64,000 nt of DNA from Chloroflexota bacterium. GTDB taxonomy: Bacteria > Chloroflexota > UBA11872 > VXOZ01. Position 1 is the stretch's first letter. Each line of letters starts with the position of its first letter. The DNA lies in NCBI GenBank assembly GCA_965221905.1, contig OZ244922.1, positions 1,568,001-1,632,000 of the forward strand, in the 5' to 3' direction. The translations under genes and the position numbers were made by a program. Below are positions 52,347 to 61,176 of this stretch, piece after piece. A model generated the notes under the pieces. The model had not been told where the DNA came from. It did no database searches and saw only the letters and a list, made by a program, of their open reading frames with translations.

Positions 52347-53096
52347 ATGGAAGTCGTTACGGTGCCGTCGTACGCGGAACTAAGTCTGCGTGCGGCGGAT
52401 GTTGTCTGCAAGGCCATTAGAGAGAAACCTGGTCTCATACTGGGATTACCCACGGGCGCGACCCCACTAGGAATGTACCGACAGCTTGTATTGGCACATC
52501 AGCGCGGGCGTGTAGATTTCTCGCGCGTGCGCACGTTCAATCTCGACGAATACCTTGGTTTGGGAAGGGACCACCCCGCGAGTTACCACACGTACATGCA
52601 GGAACGCTTGTTTGCTCAGGTCAATCTCCCACCGCAACAGGCACACGTTCCAAATGGGGCCTCGCCGCAACCCAAGGAGGAGTGTCACGCGTATGAGGAG
52701 GCAATCGCGGGCGCGGGGCATTTAGACCTGGCGGTCTTGGGTATCGGACAGAACGGGCACGTGGGCTTTAATGAGCCGGGAACTGAATTGCAGGCGAACG
52801 TTCACGTTGCCGACCTCAGCGCAGATACTCGTCGACTTGCGTACGATTGCTGGAGCGAATCTGCTCCAAATCTGTTTCCTACCCTGGGTGATTTTCCCGG
52901 GCGCGCCATGACGATGGGTATGGGGACAATCCTGAAGGCCGAGCGTATTTTGCTGCTGGCGAGCGGAGAGTGCAAAGCGCAAGCAGTATCTCGGGCCATG
53001 AATGGCGCGCTCACGCCGCAGGTGCCTGCCTCTCTTCTCCAACTTCATCACCACGTTACGCTGCTCGTTGACTGCGAGGCGGCGGGGCTGCTTTGA
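52347..53096 (+). CDS. nagB: Glucosamine-6-phosphate deaminase
   Basis: LGLPTGATP, FNLDEY, GIG.NGH.GFNEPG, TMG.GTI, PAS.LQLH; AAAGGA RBS. Confidence 0.95.
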   Translation: MEVVTVPSYAELSLRAADVVCKAIREKPGLILGLPTGATPLGMYRQLVLAHQRGRVDFSRVRTFNLDEYLGLGRDHPASYHTYMQERLFAQVNLPPQQAHVPNGASPQPKEECHAYEEAIAGAGHLDLAVLGIGQNGHVGFNEPGTELQANVHVADLSADTRRLAYDCWSESAPNLFPTLGDFPGRAMTMGMGTILKAERILLLASGECKAQAVSRAMNGALTPQVPASLLQLHHHVTLLVDCEAAGLL

Positions 53097-53224
53097 GCTG
53101 CACGCTGGTTAGCGGCTTTCGCTCCCATGCACTGCAATCCCAGACCACACCAGGGATGCTGGGCCACGTGGGCGGCTTGGAAGGAAACCGCGCTGGCGCT
53201 GCCGTGGCGCATGACTTGGCCGCG

Positions 53225-54016
53225 CTAGGGCTTGACCAACGGGCGCCGCGCAGGTTTGCCGTCCCTACGGGGATACTTTTCCGGTGTGCTTGCGGTCTTC
53301 CGCACAGTTACTACGCAGTGCTGCGCGGGTAATTCGGGCAGATTGAAGGGCATGACGTGCGGTTCGGACCCGCCGAGTGCATGGATTGCGTAGTTCGCTT
53401 CTTGCAGTTCGGCGTCCATCGGCAGTGACTTGTACGCCACCAGCGTCCCGCCAAGTGCACAAAAGGGCAGCGCAAGCTCCGACAAGGTCGCGAGACCGCC
53501 GACACCCCGCGCTGTAACCACGTCATACTGCTCCCGGTGCGCCGCCACGTGTGCTTGGTCTTCTGCGCGGCCCCAGAGCGCTGCGACGTTTTCAAGGGCA
53601 AGCGTTTGCACGGCACGCTGCAAGAATTCCACCTTCTTGCGCGTTGCTTCGAGCAGTGTGACTGATAGGTGTGGGAAGGTGATCGCTAGCGGTATCCCCG
53701 GAATGCCGCCGCCAGTGCCGACGTCCAAGAGCCGGAGCGAAGACTTTCCACTTGGAGGCGAGCCCAGATCCGGCACTGCCAACACAGTGGCAATGGACTC
53801 AAGGAGCAAGAGCCGCTCCGCCTGCGCCGGATCGCGAATTCCGGTAAGATTTACTCGTCCGGTCCGATCCAGAAGCAGCCCCAGATACGCCTGCAATCCA
53901 CGTATTTGCGCCAGATTGAGGCTGATGTTCAGGGCTGCGCAGCGGGCGCGGAGCGCGGACAAGTAATGTGTGGAATTATCCGGTAGAGGTGTCGATGGGA
54001 ATTCTGTGGTCACCAT
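53225..54016 (-). CDS. rsmG: 16S rRNA m7G527 methyltransferase
   Basis: VNLTGI, DVGTGGGIPGIPL, LEAT.KK..FL, GRAE, REQYD..ARG, TP.KYPRR.G.P; start uncertain (alternative TTG 53962). Confidence 0.93.
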   Translation of the reverse strand: MVTTEFPSTPLPDNSTHYLSALRARCAALNISLNLAQIRGLQAYLGLLLDRTGRVNLTGIRDPAQAERLLLLESIATVLAVPDLGSPPSGKSSLRLLDVGTGGGIPGIPLAITFPHLSVTLLEATRKKVEFLQRAVQTLALENVAALWGRAEDQAHVAAHREQYDVVTARGVGGLATLSELALPFCALGGTLVAYKSLPMDAELQEANYAIHALGGSEPHVMPFNLPELPAQHCVVTVRKTASTPEKYPRRDGKPARRPLVKP

Positions 54017-54495
54017 GGCGTAAGGAGTATCTGGAGCAAGAGAAGCATCCTAATGACGCGTGCGTGTTTTGTCAGGCAATCCAGGGAACTGACGACAAAG
54101 CCAATCTCGTGCTGCACCGCAATGAGGCGTGCTTCATCATCTTCAATCGTTATCCCTATAATAACGGACATCTCCTCGTGGTGCCCTATCGGCACGTCGG
54201 CGATCTGGAAGGCCTAACGGCAGACGAGAGCGCAAACGTCATGCACGTCGTTCGCTACGGTGTGCGGCTTCTGCGGAGCGCCTTCCAGCCCAATGCGGTC
54301 AATATCGGCATGAACCTCGGCGCTGCAGCCGGCGCCGGCATTCTCGACCACGTCCACATGCACATCGTGCCCCGCTGGGAGGGCGATACGAGCTATATGA
54401 CGGTATTCTCTGGAACGCGAGTAATTTCCGAGGCACTGGAAAAAACTTTCGATCGGCTCACGGCCACGATGGCTGAGATGCCGTTCGGGGCGTAA
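53995..54495 (+). CDS. HIT-family hydrolase (Ap4A phosphorylase-like)
   Basis: LWSPWR..Y, CVFC, N.YPYNNGH, N.G.N.G.AAGAGI.DHVHMHIVPRW.GD. Confidence 0.92.
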   Translation: MGILWSPWRKEYLEQEKHPNDACVFCQAIQGTDDKANLVLHRNEACFIIFNRYPYNNGHLLVVPYRHVGDLEGLTADESANVMHVVRYGVRLLRSAFQPNAVNIGMNLGAAAGAGILDHVHMHIVPRWEGDTSYMTVFSGTRVISEALEKTFDRLTATMAEMPFGA

Positions 54496-54551
54496 GGGTG
54501 CTGTGAGCGTCACCGACTATGCGTTTGGCGACAGCCGTTCATATTTCGACG

Positions 54552-54586
54552 GCCGTTCGTGCTGAGCCTGTCGAAGTATGAACGGC
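54552..54586. repeat. REP-like palindrome, CCGTTCGTGCTGAGCCTGTCGAAG family
   Basis: Second copy at 39146..39174. Confidence 0.6.
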
Positions 54587-54750
54587 TGTGGTTGCGTCCC
54601 CACAAAAAAGAGACCGCATACACTCCTTCATCCTGCCTGTGTGGGAAGCCATCCTCCGCGCCGCGTGCGCTCCTTCCCAAGCGAGAGGCAAATCCCGTCC
54701 TTGTTGCATTGAGTAGGAGGCCAATTACAAGGCTTGCCCCAACACCAAGT

Positions 54751-54775
54751 GGGCGCAGGCTGCAAACCTGCGCCC
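54751..54775. repeat. REP-like hairpin GGGCGCAGG-ctgcaaa-CCTGCGCCC
   Basis: Related copy at 63528..63555. Confidence 0.55.
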
Positions 54776-54798
54776 CGAAGTGACGGCGCTCGACTTGC

Positions 54799-56382
54799 CT
54801 AGAAATGAGGCGATGCCGTCGCTATGTGGTCGAGCCGGCAGACGGCGGCGCCGTCGGTCTTCAGGCCGCAGGTATGAAACCAGCCAACGCTGATGGCAGT
54901 AAAGGCCAATGACTTGTCGTCCCTGATCGCTCCAGTATTCTCTTCAGGCGGCGTGGGTGTAGGCGCGGGTAGGGCCACCGTCAGAGTATAAGAACCTGTG
55001 CTGTAGCCCTCCACCGCAACGTAGTATTTGCCTGAGCGCGGCGCTTCCCAGATGATGCGCGAGGCCAGCGAATCACCGTGGTCGTCGTTGTACGCCAGTT
55101 CCTGCTCGTCGGCGTCATACAGCTCAACCACCGAGTCGGAGAGCGTTCCCAGCGCCACGTCTATCTGGTAGAACACGCCCTCCTCTGCCTGGAATACAAA
55201 GAAATCTTTGTCGTCCGCGTAATCCAGCGCGCCTTGCACGGCCTCCTCGACTGAGTCTTCCTCATCCCCTGCGCTGAACAGGTCCGGAACGCAGTTCAAC
55301 AGCCCGACGCCAAACTCCACGTTCGCGGCGGAGTCGTCGGGAGAGGCAATCAGGGCAGTTAGGTCGATATCGGCTACCAGTTCCCGCAAGCAGTCCCTCT
55401 CCTCCTCGCTCAAGTCTTCTATGCTCGCCCCCGTTTCCGCAATGAAGATGGAGATGAACAGATCCGGGACGCAATCCACCAGGTCCGGCGCCAGCGCCGC
55501 AAACCCGGCGAGGTCGTCTGCGGCGGTAAGCAGGGTGGAAATGTCGATAGCGGCGAACGACTCCCGCAGGCAGGACGCTTCTTCCTCGCTCAGCTCCACC
55601 TCTTCACCCAGCGCGCTGGACAGGAGTAGGGCCGAAACGCAAGAAATCATGCCGACGGCGAAGTTCGCATTCGCCTTGAAGTCTTCATCGGCGAAAGTCA
55701 AGGCGCCCCAGTCGACATTGGCCATCAACCCGCGCAAGCAGGCCACTTCGTCCTCGCTCAACTCTTCCCTCTCCAACCCCATCTCCGGGATTATGAACGT
55801 GAGGAGCAGGTCCGGCAGGCAGCGGAAGATTTCCGTAAAGGACTCCGCAGCCGCCGTGTGGTCGTCTGCGTCTTGAGCTATGGCGGCAATCACGACCGCC
55901 GCGTCGGTAGCGGCCACTGACTTCCGCATGCAAGACACTTCGTCCTCGCTCAGCTCCACGTCCTCTTGCATCTCGGTGATCAGAATGGAGAGGTAGACGG
56001 CGCGGGCAGTCTCCGGCGCGAGACATGTAAATATGGACACCTCCCACTGCCCCGGGGTGTACTCGCTCACGACAGGCCGGCCCAGCGCCGACTCCAGCTC
56101 GTCACCCAGCGCGTTGCGCACACAGGACTGCTCAGAGACGGTGAGCGTGTCGAATACGTCCTGCCAAACAGTATCGCTATCGATGCTGACATCAAGCTCG
56201 GCAATAGCGGCGGCGGACTGCTCCGGCGTTGGACTCGCGGGGATGAGAGTCGGCGTCGGCGTGTTCGTAGCTACGGGTGTAGCAGTGAGCGCCGGACTCT
56301 CACCACAGGCGTTTAGAACCACAATGAGGAGCAGGACTCCCAAGACCGCCAACCAACGGGTGTGAGAAGTGGATGCGCTCAC
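54799..56382 (-). CDS. Acidic lipoprotein with five Cys-paired repeats, PPC domain and truncated RCC1-like repeat
   Basis: AAGGAG RBS, LNAC lipobox, P/T linker, LSE.E..C.R repeats, D.DFF.F..YNDD..SRI.W..G.YYV.V PPC domain, AISVG.FHTCGL.TDG..VC. Confidence 0.8.
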   Translation of the reverse strand: MSASTSHTRWLAVLGVLLLIVVLNACGESPALTATPVATNTPTPTLIPASPTPEQSAAAIAELDVSIDSDTVWQDVFDTLTVSEQSCVRNALGDELESALGRPVVSEYTPGQWEVSIFTCLAPETARAVYLSILITEMQEDVELSEDEVSCMRKSVAATDAAVVIAAIAQDADDHTAAAESFTEIFRCLPDLLLTFIIPEMGLEREELSEDEVACLRGLMANVDWGALTFADEDFKANANFAVGMISCVSALLLSSALGEEVELSEEEASCLRESFAAIDISTLLTAADDLAGFAALAPDLVDCVPDLFISIFIAETGASIEDLSEEERDCLRELVADIDLTALIASPDDSAANVEFGVGLLNCVPDLFSAGDEEDSVEEAVQGALDYADDKDFFVFQAEEGVFYQIDVALGTLSDSVVELYDADEQELAYNDDHGDSLASRIIWEAPRSGKYYVAVEGYSTGSYTLTVALPAPTPTPPEENTGAIRDDKSLAFTAISVGWFHTCGLKTDGAAVCRLDHIATASPHF

Positions 56383-56519
56383 TTCGGCAATCTCCTTTTA
56401 TATGCGGCGGGAATGCCCGCTCCCGGCCCGTACCGCCATTGAGCCGGGAGCATGGCGGCCCGCCCCAGGCGGCAGGGGAGCGTGTTCCGGGCGGGCGCTG
56501 CCTGCTTCTGCCGGGCATC

Positions 56520-56638
56520 CTATCCGACGCTGAATTCGATAGGAATTCCACAGACCTGAGCGATAACCAGAATGGCTATCACGATTGCCCCGACTATGAT
56601 CCAGTTAAGTAGACGCTTCCTAAGAAATTCTGCCGCAT
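56520..56638 (-). pseudogene. Possible frameshifted small single-pass membrane protein
   Basis: Frame AAEFLRKRLLNWIIVGAIVIAILVIAQVCGIPIEFSVG* has no in-frame start; ATG at 56638 is one base out of frame. Confidence 0.35.
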
Positions 56639-56663
56639 AACTTTTAGCACTAGCTAATACACC

Positions 56664-56693
56664 ATCTTATAAGGAGATTCAAGGGTATGTCAA
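56664..56693 (-). promoter_or_regulatory. Sigma70-type promoter TTGACA-N18-TAAGAT
   Basis: Perfect -35 box and near-consensus -10 box, pointing toward the lipoprotein gene. Confidence 0.55.
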
Positions 56694-56785
56694 GACAAGA
56701 TTGAGCGCAATTAGTAGTTCGGGGCTTGAGGTATGTGACACGTGAGAGGTTTCGCGAACCTATGCACAAACCGGCTCCATAATCG

Positions 56786-56889
56786 GTCATTCTGAGGAGC
56801 GCAGCGACGAAGAATCTAGAATCTCGGTGCAGAACGATAAAGGTTCTGCAATGGACACGCTCTAGATTCCTCGCTGCGCTCGGAATGAC
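56786..56889. repeat. REPIN (inverted REP pair with internal hairpin)
   Basis: GTCATTCTGAGGAGCGCAGCGACGAAGAATCTAG...CTAGATTCCTCGCTGCGCTCGGAATGAC; same family as 34146. Confidence 0.75.
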
Positions 56890-57048
56890 ACGAAACCCAG
56901 CCCAACAAAGAAGACAAGCCTTAATCTACTAATTCCGGGATTGAGAGGGGGGGGAGACTTCAGGACTGTGGGTCCGGTTGAAGGATTGGGGCTTGGCAGT
57001 TCAAAGGCACCCGGGACCCTCTCAGTGCTAATCCGTCTGCCGATGCTC

Positions 57049-57318
57049 CTACTGGCAGCTAACCTGGGGTTCACGCCCCTTGTACCGTCTGCCAAGAGCC
57101 GTACGGGCTACAGAGAATAGGACCGGGGTGGTGTACAAGAGGCGGACTGTAGTGGAGCGCCCGTTCCGCCGGTTTTGAAAGGCTATCGCCGCCTCTTCAC
57201 GAGCGATGAGAAGCCGGATGTGCTCTACTGGGGGTGTATCCTCTTCGCGCTCATCGTGGAGGCGTTGCGTTAGTGTGAACATGCCCTAGTCATATTCGAT
57301 ACCGTGAACGCGCTCTAG
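57049..57318. mobile_element. Decayed IS5-like element remnant
   Basis: End-like motifs CTAGGGCATGTTCAC and CTAGAGCGCGTTCAC (minus strand) next to CTAG; adjacent degenerate frame recalls IS5-family internal sequence; no transposase. Confidence 0.4.
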
Positions 57319-57351
57319 ATAGTCAACACGGCCTCGCTCCAACATCCTAGT

Positions 57352-57786
57352 CTAGCGCTTCTTGCTCCGGGGCGGGCGTCTGCGCTTATTGCCTCCGCCC
57401 CTCTTCTTACGGTCATCTGCCGATTCGTATATTCTGCGGGGCAGTTCACGGAAGAGGTACCAAAACGTCCTAACCAGGATGTATATCTGCAGAAAGGCGA
57501 TTAGGACGAGGACGAAGCGGTAAGAGAGAATGCCCCATCCTGCTTGGCGTAAGAACACGGCGAACAAGCCAAGGGCGTTGACGACCATGCTCGTAAGCAA
57601 TACCACCCGCACAGCTAAACGCCGCAGTGGGCTGCTGCCGAAGAGCATGCCGCTGATCATGTAGTAGACAAATGATATGCCGAGGCCGGAGCCAAAGCCA
57701 ATTGTCAGCAGGGGAGCAAGCTGGCGATAGAACGTCCCCGTCGGCCCGGGGGCCGCAAACAGGTATTCAAAGAGGTTGGGAGGCAC
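57352..57786 (-). CDS. Hypothetical membrane protein with basic C-terminal tail
   Basis: Three TM helices; start overlaps the lepB stop; RKKRGGGNKRRRPPRSKKR tail. Confidence 0.7.
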   Translation of the reverse strand: MPPNLFEYLFAAPGPTGTFYRQLAPLLTIGFGSGLGISFVYYMISGMLFGSSPLRRLAVRVVLLTSMVVNALGLFAVFLRQAGWGILSYRFVLVLIAFLQIYILVRTFWYLFRELPRRIYESADDRKKRGGGNKRRRPPRSKKR

Positions 57787-58430
57787 TAGGCCGCAACCTT
57801 ATCGAAGACTGCGACTCTCTCGAAGTCGCTGACCTTGTCAAAGTCACCCGCCTCTTTACGGCCGCCGGGATCCGGCACCGGGAGCTCAAAATGCTCGATG
57901 ATGCCAAAATCAGGCGGCGGCCAGTACGCCAGCCATACCTTGCCCACAATGTACTTGCGCGGCAAGAAGCCCCACTCGCGAGAATCCCGGCTGCCGCGAC
58001 GATTGTCGCCCATGACAAAGTATGATTCGGCTGGAACAGTGCGTACAGAGAGTTCGTCTCGGTTGGCAAATCCTGCTAACTGAGCGCCTCTATCGATGTA
58101 AGGCTCGATGATCTTCTCACCATTTACATAAACATTGCCTTGGCGAATCTCAATGGAGTCGCCGGGTAGGGCAATGATGCGCTTTACAAACTGCTCCGAC
58201 GGGTCTTCCGGATAGTTGAAGACGATGATATCACCATGTCGCGGTTCTGAGCGCGTGTACGCCAGCTTGTTCACCAAGACAAACTCGCTGTTATGCAGGG
58301 TGCCATACATACTGCTCCCTTCAACGCGGTAGTTTTGGACCGCAAGACGGGTACCAAAGAAGATGAGGGCGGTGAGCAGGAGTGTTTGCAGGACTTCCTT
58401 AGCGAACGATTTCGTGGCGGTCTCCTCCAA
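57786..58430 (-). CDS. lepB: Signal peptidase I
   Basis: VEGSSM..TL, GDIIVF, FVKRIIALPGD, YFVMGDNR..S.DSR.WG. Confidence 0.95.
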   Translation of the reverse strand: MEETATKSFAKEVLQTLLLTALIFFGTRLAVQNYRVEGSSMYGTLHNSEFVLVNKLAYTRSEPRHGDIIVFNYPEDPSEQFVKRIIALPGDSIEIRQGNVYVNGEKIIEPYIDRGAQLAGFANRDELSVRTVPAESYFVMGDNRRGSRDSREWGFLPRKYIVGKVWLAYWPPPDFGIIEHFELPVPDPGGRKEAGDFDKVSDFERVAVFDKVAA

Positions 58431-58586
58431 CGCAAAGGGGCTACGTTTTATTTATAGCATATAACCGGTAACTGGTTGCCATGCATCGTGCCTGGTCCGG
58501 ACACTTGTGGTCTAATGGATTCCCGGCAGGCAACATCTAATTCTTTTCCAAATCAGCGAAGAATTGCGGGCGTTGCCGCGCCTAAG

Positions 58587-59375
58587 CTACTTCCTGAGTC
58601 CGGTGAATCCAAGGCCTCTTTCCTGCAGTGAGACCGCGCTGTTGCGACCCACAATAAAGTGATCGACGAGTTCAATGTCCAGATTCTTCCCAGCCTGTGC
58701 CAGTCGGGCCGTCATGGCTACATCGTCGGCAGAGGGAGTGGGATCGCCGCTCGGATGGTTATGTGCGACTATTACCGCCGCACAGTTGGCGCGCACGGCT
58801 TCCCGAAAGACCTCTGCGGGACGCACTGCCGTCTGGTTTAGCGTGCCCCGATACAAGGGTACCTTGCTGACGACCCGATGCTTGGTATCGAGCAGGACGA
58901 CTAGGAATTTCTCCTGTTCCTCGTCGACAAAGTCGGGCAGCAGGTAGTTCATGGCATCGGCAACGGAGCGAATGATCGGTCGTTCCGGTTGTGTGCTCGC
59001 CGCGGCGCGACGACCAAGTTCCAAGGCCGCTTTCAGTTGTGCGACCTTGGCCTCGCCAAGGCCGGGATACTGGGTCAACTGGCGGAAGTTTGCCTGGGCC
59101 AAGCCGCCGGCCCCGCCATGCTTGTCGAGCAATCCTTGCGCGAGGGCCACGACGGAACTCTCCCGCGTGCCGGTGCGCAGAATGATCGCGACAAGCTCGG
59201 CGGTCGAAAGGTGAGCCGGGCCGAGGTCGCGCAGTCGTTCTCGCGGTCTCTCCGCTGCCGGCCATTCGCGGACCGAGAGCCGAGATGCTTCCGAGGCATC
59301 GGGGACGTTCGTTGGCAGGCTTGCTGCGGGTTGGTTGGTGTCAGGAGGCACGGGTTTACTCGGGTCAATTAGCAC
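58587..59375 (-). CDS. radC: RadC (JAB domain) protein
   Basis: ERPRERL..G...LS..EL.AIILRTG, HhH GLGEAK, HNHPSGDPTPS.DD, LVDH. Confidence 0.95.
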   Translation of the reverse strand: MLIDPSKPVPPDTNQPAASLPTNVPDASEASRLSVREWPAAERPRERLRDLGPAHLSTAELVAIILRTGTRESSVVALAQGLLDKHGGAGGLAQANFRQLTQYPGLGEAKVAQLKAALELGRRAAASTQPERPIIRSVADAMNYLLPDFVDEEQEKFLVVLLDTKHRVVSKVPLYRGTLNQTAVRPAEVFREAVRANCAAVIVAHNHPSGDPTPSADDVAMTARLAQAGKNLDIELVDHFIVGRNSAVSLQERGLGFTGLRK

Positions 59376-59447
59376 TTGGCAGATTAGAGCTGTGCAATGG
59401 TTGGAGACGGCATCGGTCGAGAGCTACTCAGGAAGAATCAGCGGGCT

Positions 59448-59873
59448 TTAGTGAACAGGTGTGCCACAGTAGGCGCAGACGATCCAATGCAAGTCCGCAA
59501 GGTTCCTGCAGCCGGTGCAGAGCTTTCTAAGCTCGAGCTGGCACATCGGGCAGACCTTGTAATCGCTCTCTATGCGGTGCCGGCAATTGGGGCACCTCGA
59601 CCAGGACTCGCTCTCGGCCAGATAGCTTTCCTCCTCGAGCGCCAGCACGTTCGCCTCTGACAGAGTCTCTTTGGGACGAAGGAACAAGTAGAGGATGAGA
59701 CCGAACACGTTGAAGGCAAGCACAAGCAAGACCGAAAAGAGTTGCACCAGAATGTCGTTAGTACGTGTGCGAATGTCATAGAATGCCCAGATTGCGAGGG
59801 CAACCCACAGCGCGAGGAAATAGGCAATGAGAAATGCCAGGACGTAATTCAGAATGGTGGCAATGGTCTCCAT
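59448..59873 (-). CDS. Membrane protein with C-terminal double zinc ribbon
   Basis: Two TM helices (W.F.DI..R, YLFLRP) then four CxxC pairs. Confidence 0.85.
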   Translation of the reverse strand: METIATILNYVLAFLIAYFLALWVALAIWAFYDIRTRTNDILVQLFSVLLVLAFNVFGLILYLFLRPKETLSEANVLALEEESYLAESESWSRCPNCRHRIESDYKVCPMCQLELRKLCTGCRNLADLHWIVCAYCGTPVH

Positions 59874-60114
59874 CAAGGCTCCCTGTAGCGGACGAACATA
59901 GGCAGGTACCTACGTATTGTACCAGCCATTTGTAACCGACACTAGGAGCGCTCGCGGCCTGAACCGCAGGCGATGGAGCAACATGCCCATCCGGCATGAC
60001 GGCTCTTGCGAACGTAGGCCCAAGGGCGTGGAGGAGAGCTTTTGGAAAAGGCTACAGTTACGGCCAGGCTAGCCGCTGCGGACAAGATTCCGATCAAGTG
60101 CGGCTAGGAGCCCG

Positions 60115-60951
60115 TCAAAACGAGTAGCTGATAACGCGGTACGACTCGCTGCCCGCAGGTGTTTCCACTGCGACAGTGTCACCGGTGCGTTTGGTGAGGA
60201 GACTTGCGCCGACGGGAGAAAGGTAGGATATCCTGCCTTCAAGGGGATCGACTTCCGATGGCCCAACGAGCTGATATGCGATCGTTTCGCTGCCGTCGGT
60301 TAACTCCAACTCGACGCGCATGCCGATCTTGATCCCACCATCCTTAGCGGCCGCAGTGCCGTTGTCAGATGACTGAGCTTCGTCTTCAGTAATTGTGCTT
60401 GTCCGGAGCGTTTGCTCCAACTCTCGGATGCGGCCCTCCAGCATGCCCTGCTGATATTTGGCCTCGTCGTAGGCCGCGTTCTCACGCAAATCCCCGTCCT
60501 TGATGGCCTCATGCAGCATCCGGCTGATACGCTCGCGCCCTTCGGTTTTGTGGTTCTCCAATTCGACGCCCAATTCATCGTAGCGCTTGCGGCTGATGAA
60601 GGTGCCTCCGGCTTGAGCTGCCGCGGCACGAGGATCGCTCTTTGCACTGCGCTTGGTAATTCGCAAGCCGGTGGCGGGATTGTTCTCTACCCAGCCGGCC
60701 TTCAGAGCGTGAGCAAAAAACGTGCGCAATGCGCTAGCACAGGGTTTTGGATCGCCGGCGGACGACGTAACTTGGTCGAGGTAGGCCTGAATTTGATGGG
60801 GGTAGATTGATGTGATACGAGAATCGGGCCCGCACCAACTGACAAATCTGCGCAGATGCTGGGCCTCTTCGCCATTCAGATTTGCTACGCCCACTGACTG
60901 CAAATACAGCGTGAATATTGGGCCTAACTGATTGGATTCCTGTGCGCTCAT
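60115..60951 (-). CDS. greA: Transcription elongation factor GreA with N-terminal integrase core-binding-like domain
   Basis: GDLRENAAYDEAK..Q..LE.RI.ELE, LVGP.E.DP..G.IS..SPVG..L; ~110-aa N-terminal extension ending SALRTFFAHA...GWVENNPA. Confidence 0.9.
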   Translation of the reverse strand: MSAQESNQLGPIFTLYLQSVGVANLNGEEAQHLRRFVSWCGPDSRITSIYPHQIQAYLDQVTSSAGDPKPCASALRTFFAHALKAGWVENNPATGLRITKRSAKSDPRAAAAQAGGTFISRKRYDELGVELENHKTEGRERISRMLHEAIKDGDLRENAAYDEAKYQQGMLEGRIRELEQTLRTSTITEDEAQSSDNGTAAAKDGGIKIGMRVELELTDGSETIAYQLVGPSEVDPLEGRISYLSPVGASLLTKRTGDTVAVETPAGSESYRVISYSF

Positions 60952-61005
60952 GGTTTCTCCAAACGTTTCTTTACTGGTTGGTTACACGAGCCACCAGGCC
61001 TAAGA

Positions 61006-61092
61006 GGTGCCGAAGGAGGGACTCGAACCCTCACGAGCGCAAGGCCCACTACGCCCTGAACGTAGCGCGTCTTCCAATTCCGCCACTTCGGC
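61006..61092 (-). tRNA. tRNA-Leu(CAG)
   Basis: GCCGAAGTGGCGGAATTGGAAGACGCG-CTACG TTCAGGG CGTAG-variable arm-GAGGGTTCGAGTCCCTCCTTCGGCACC; ends CC-T, so CCA is not fully encoded. Confidence 0.95.
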
Positions 61093-61176
61093 GTTGCCGA
61101 TCCTCAGCACGATTCTATCACGGGCTGTGGGGGCGGGCAACCGGCGAGCGACAGCCGCTAGCGCATTGTGGCGCCC

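Noticed and set aside
58587-61092. Prophage or integrative element at tRNA-Leu (radC plus integrase-like domain)
   Set aside because: No catalytic integrase, att duplication or phage genes; radC is the full-length chromosomal type
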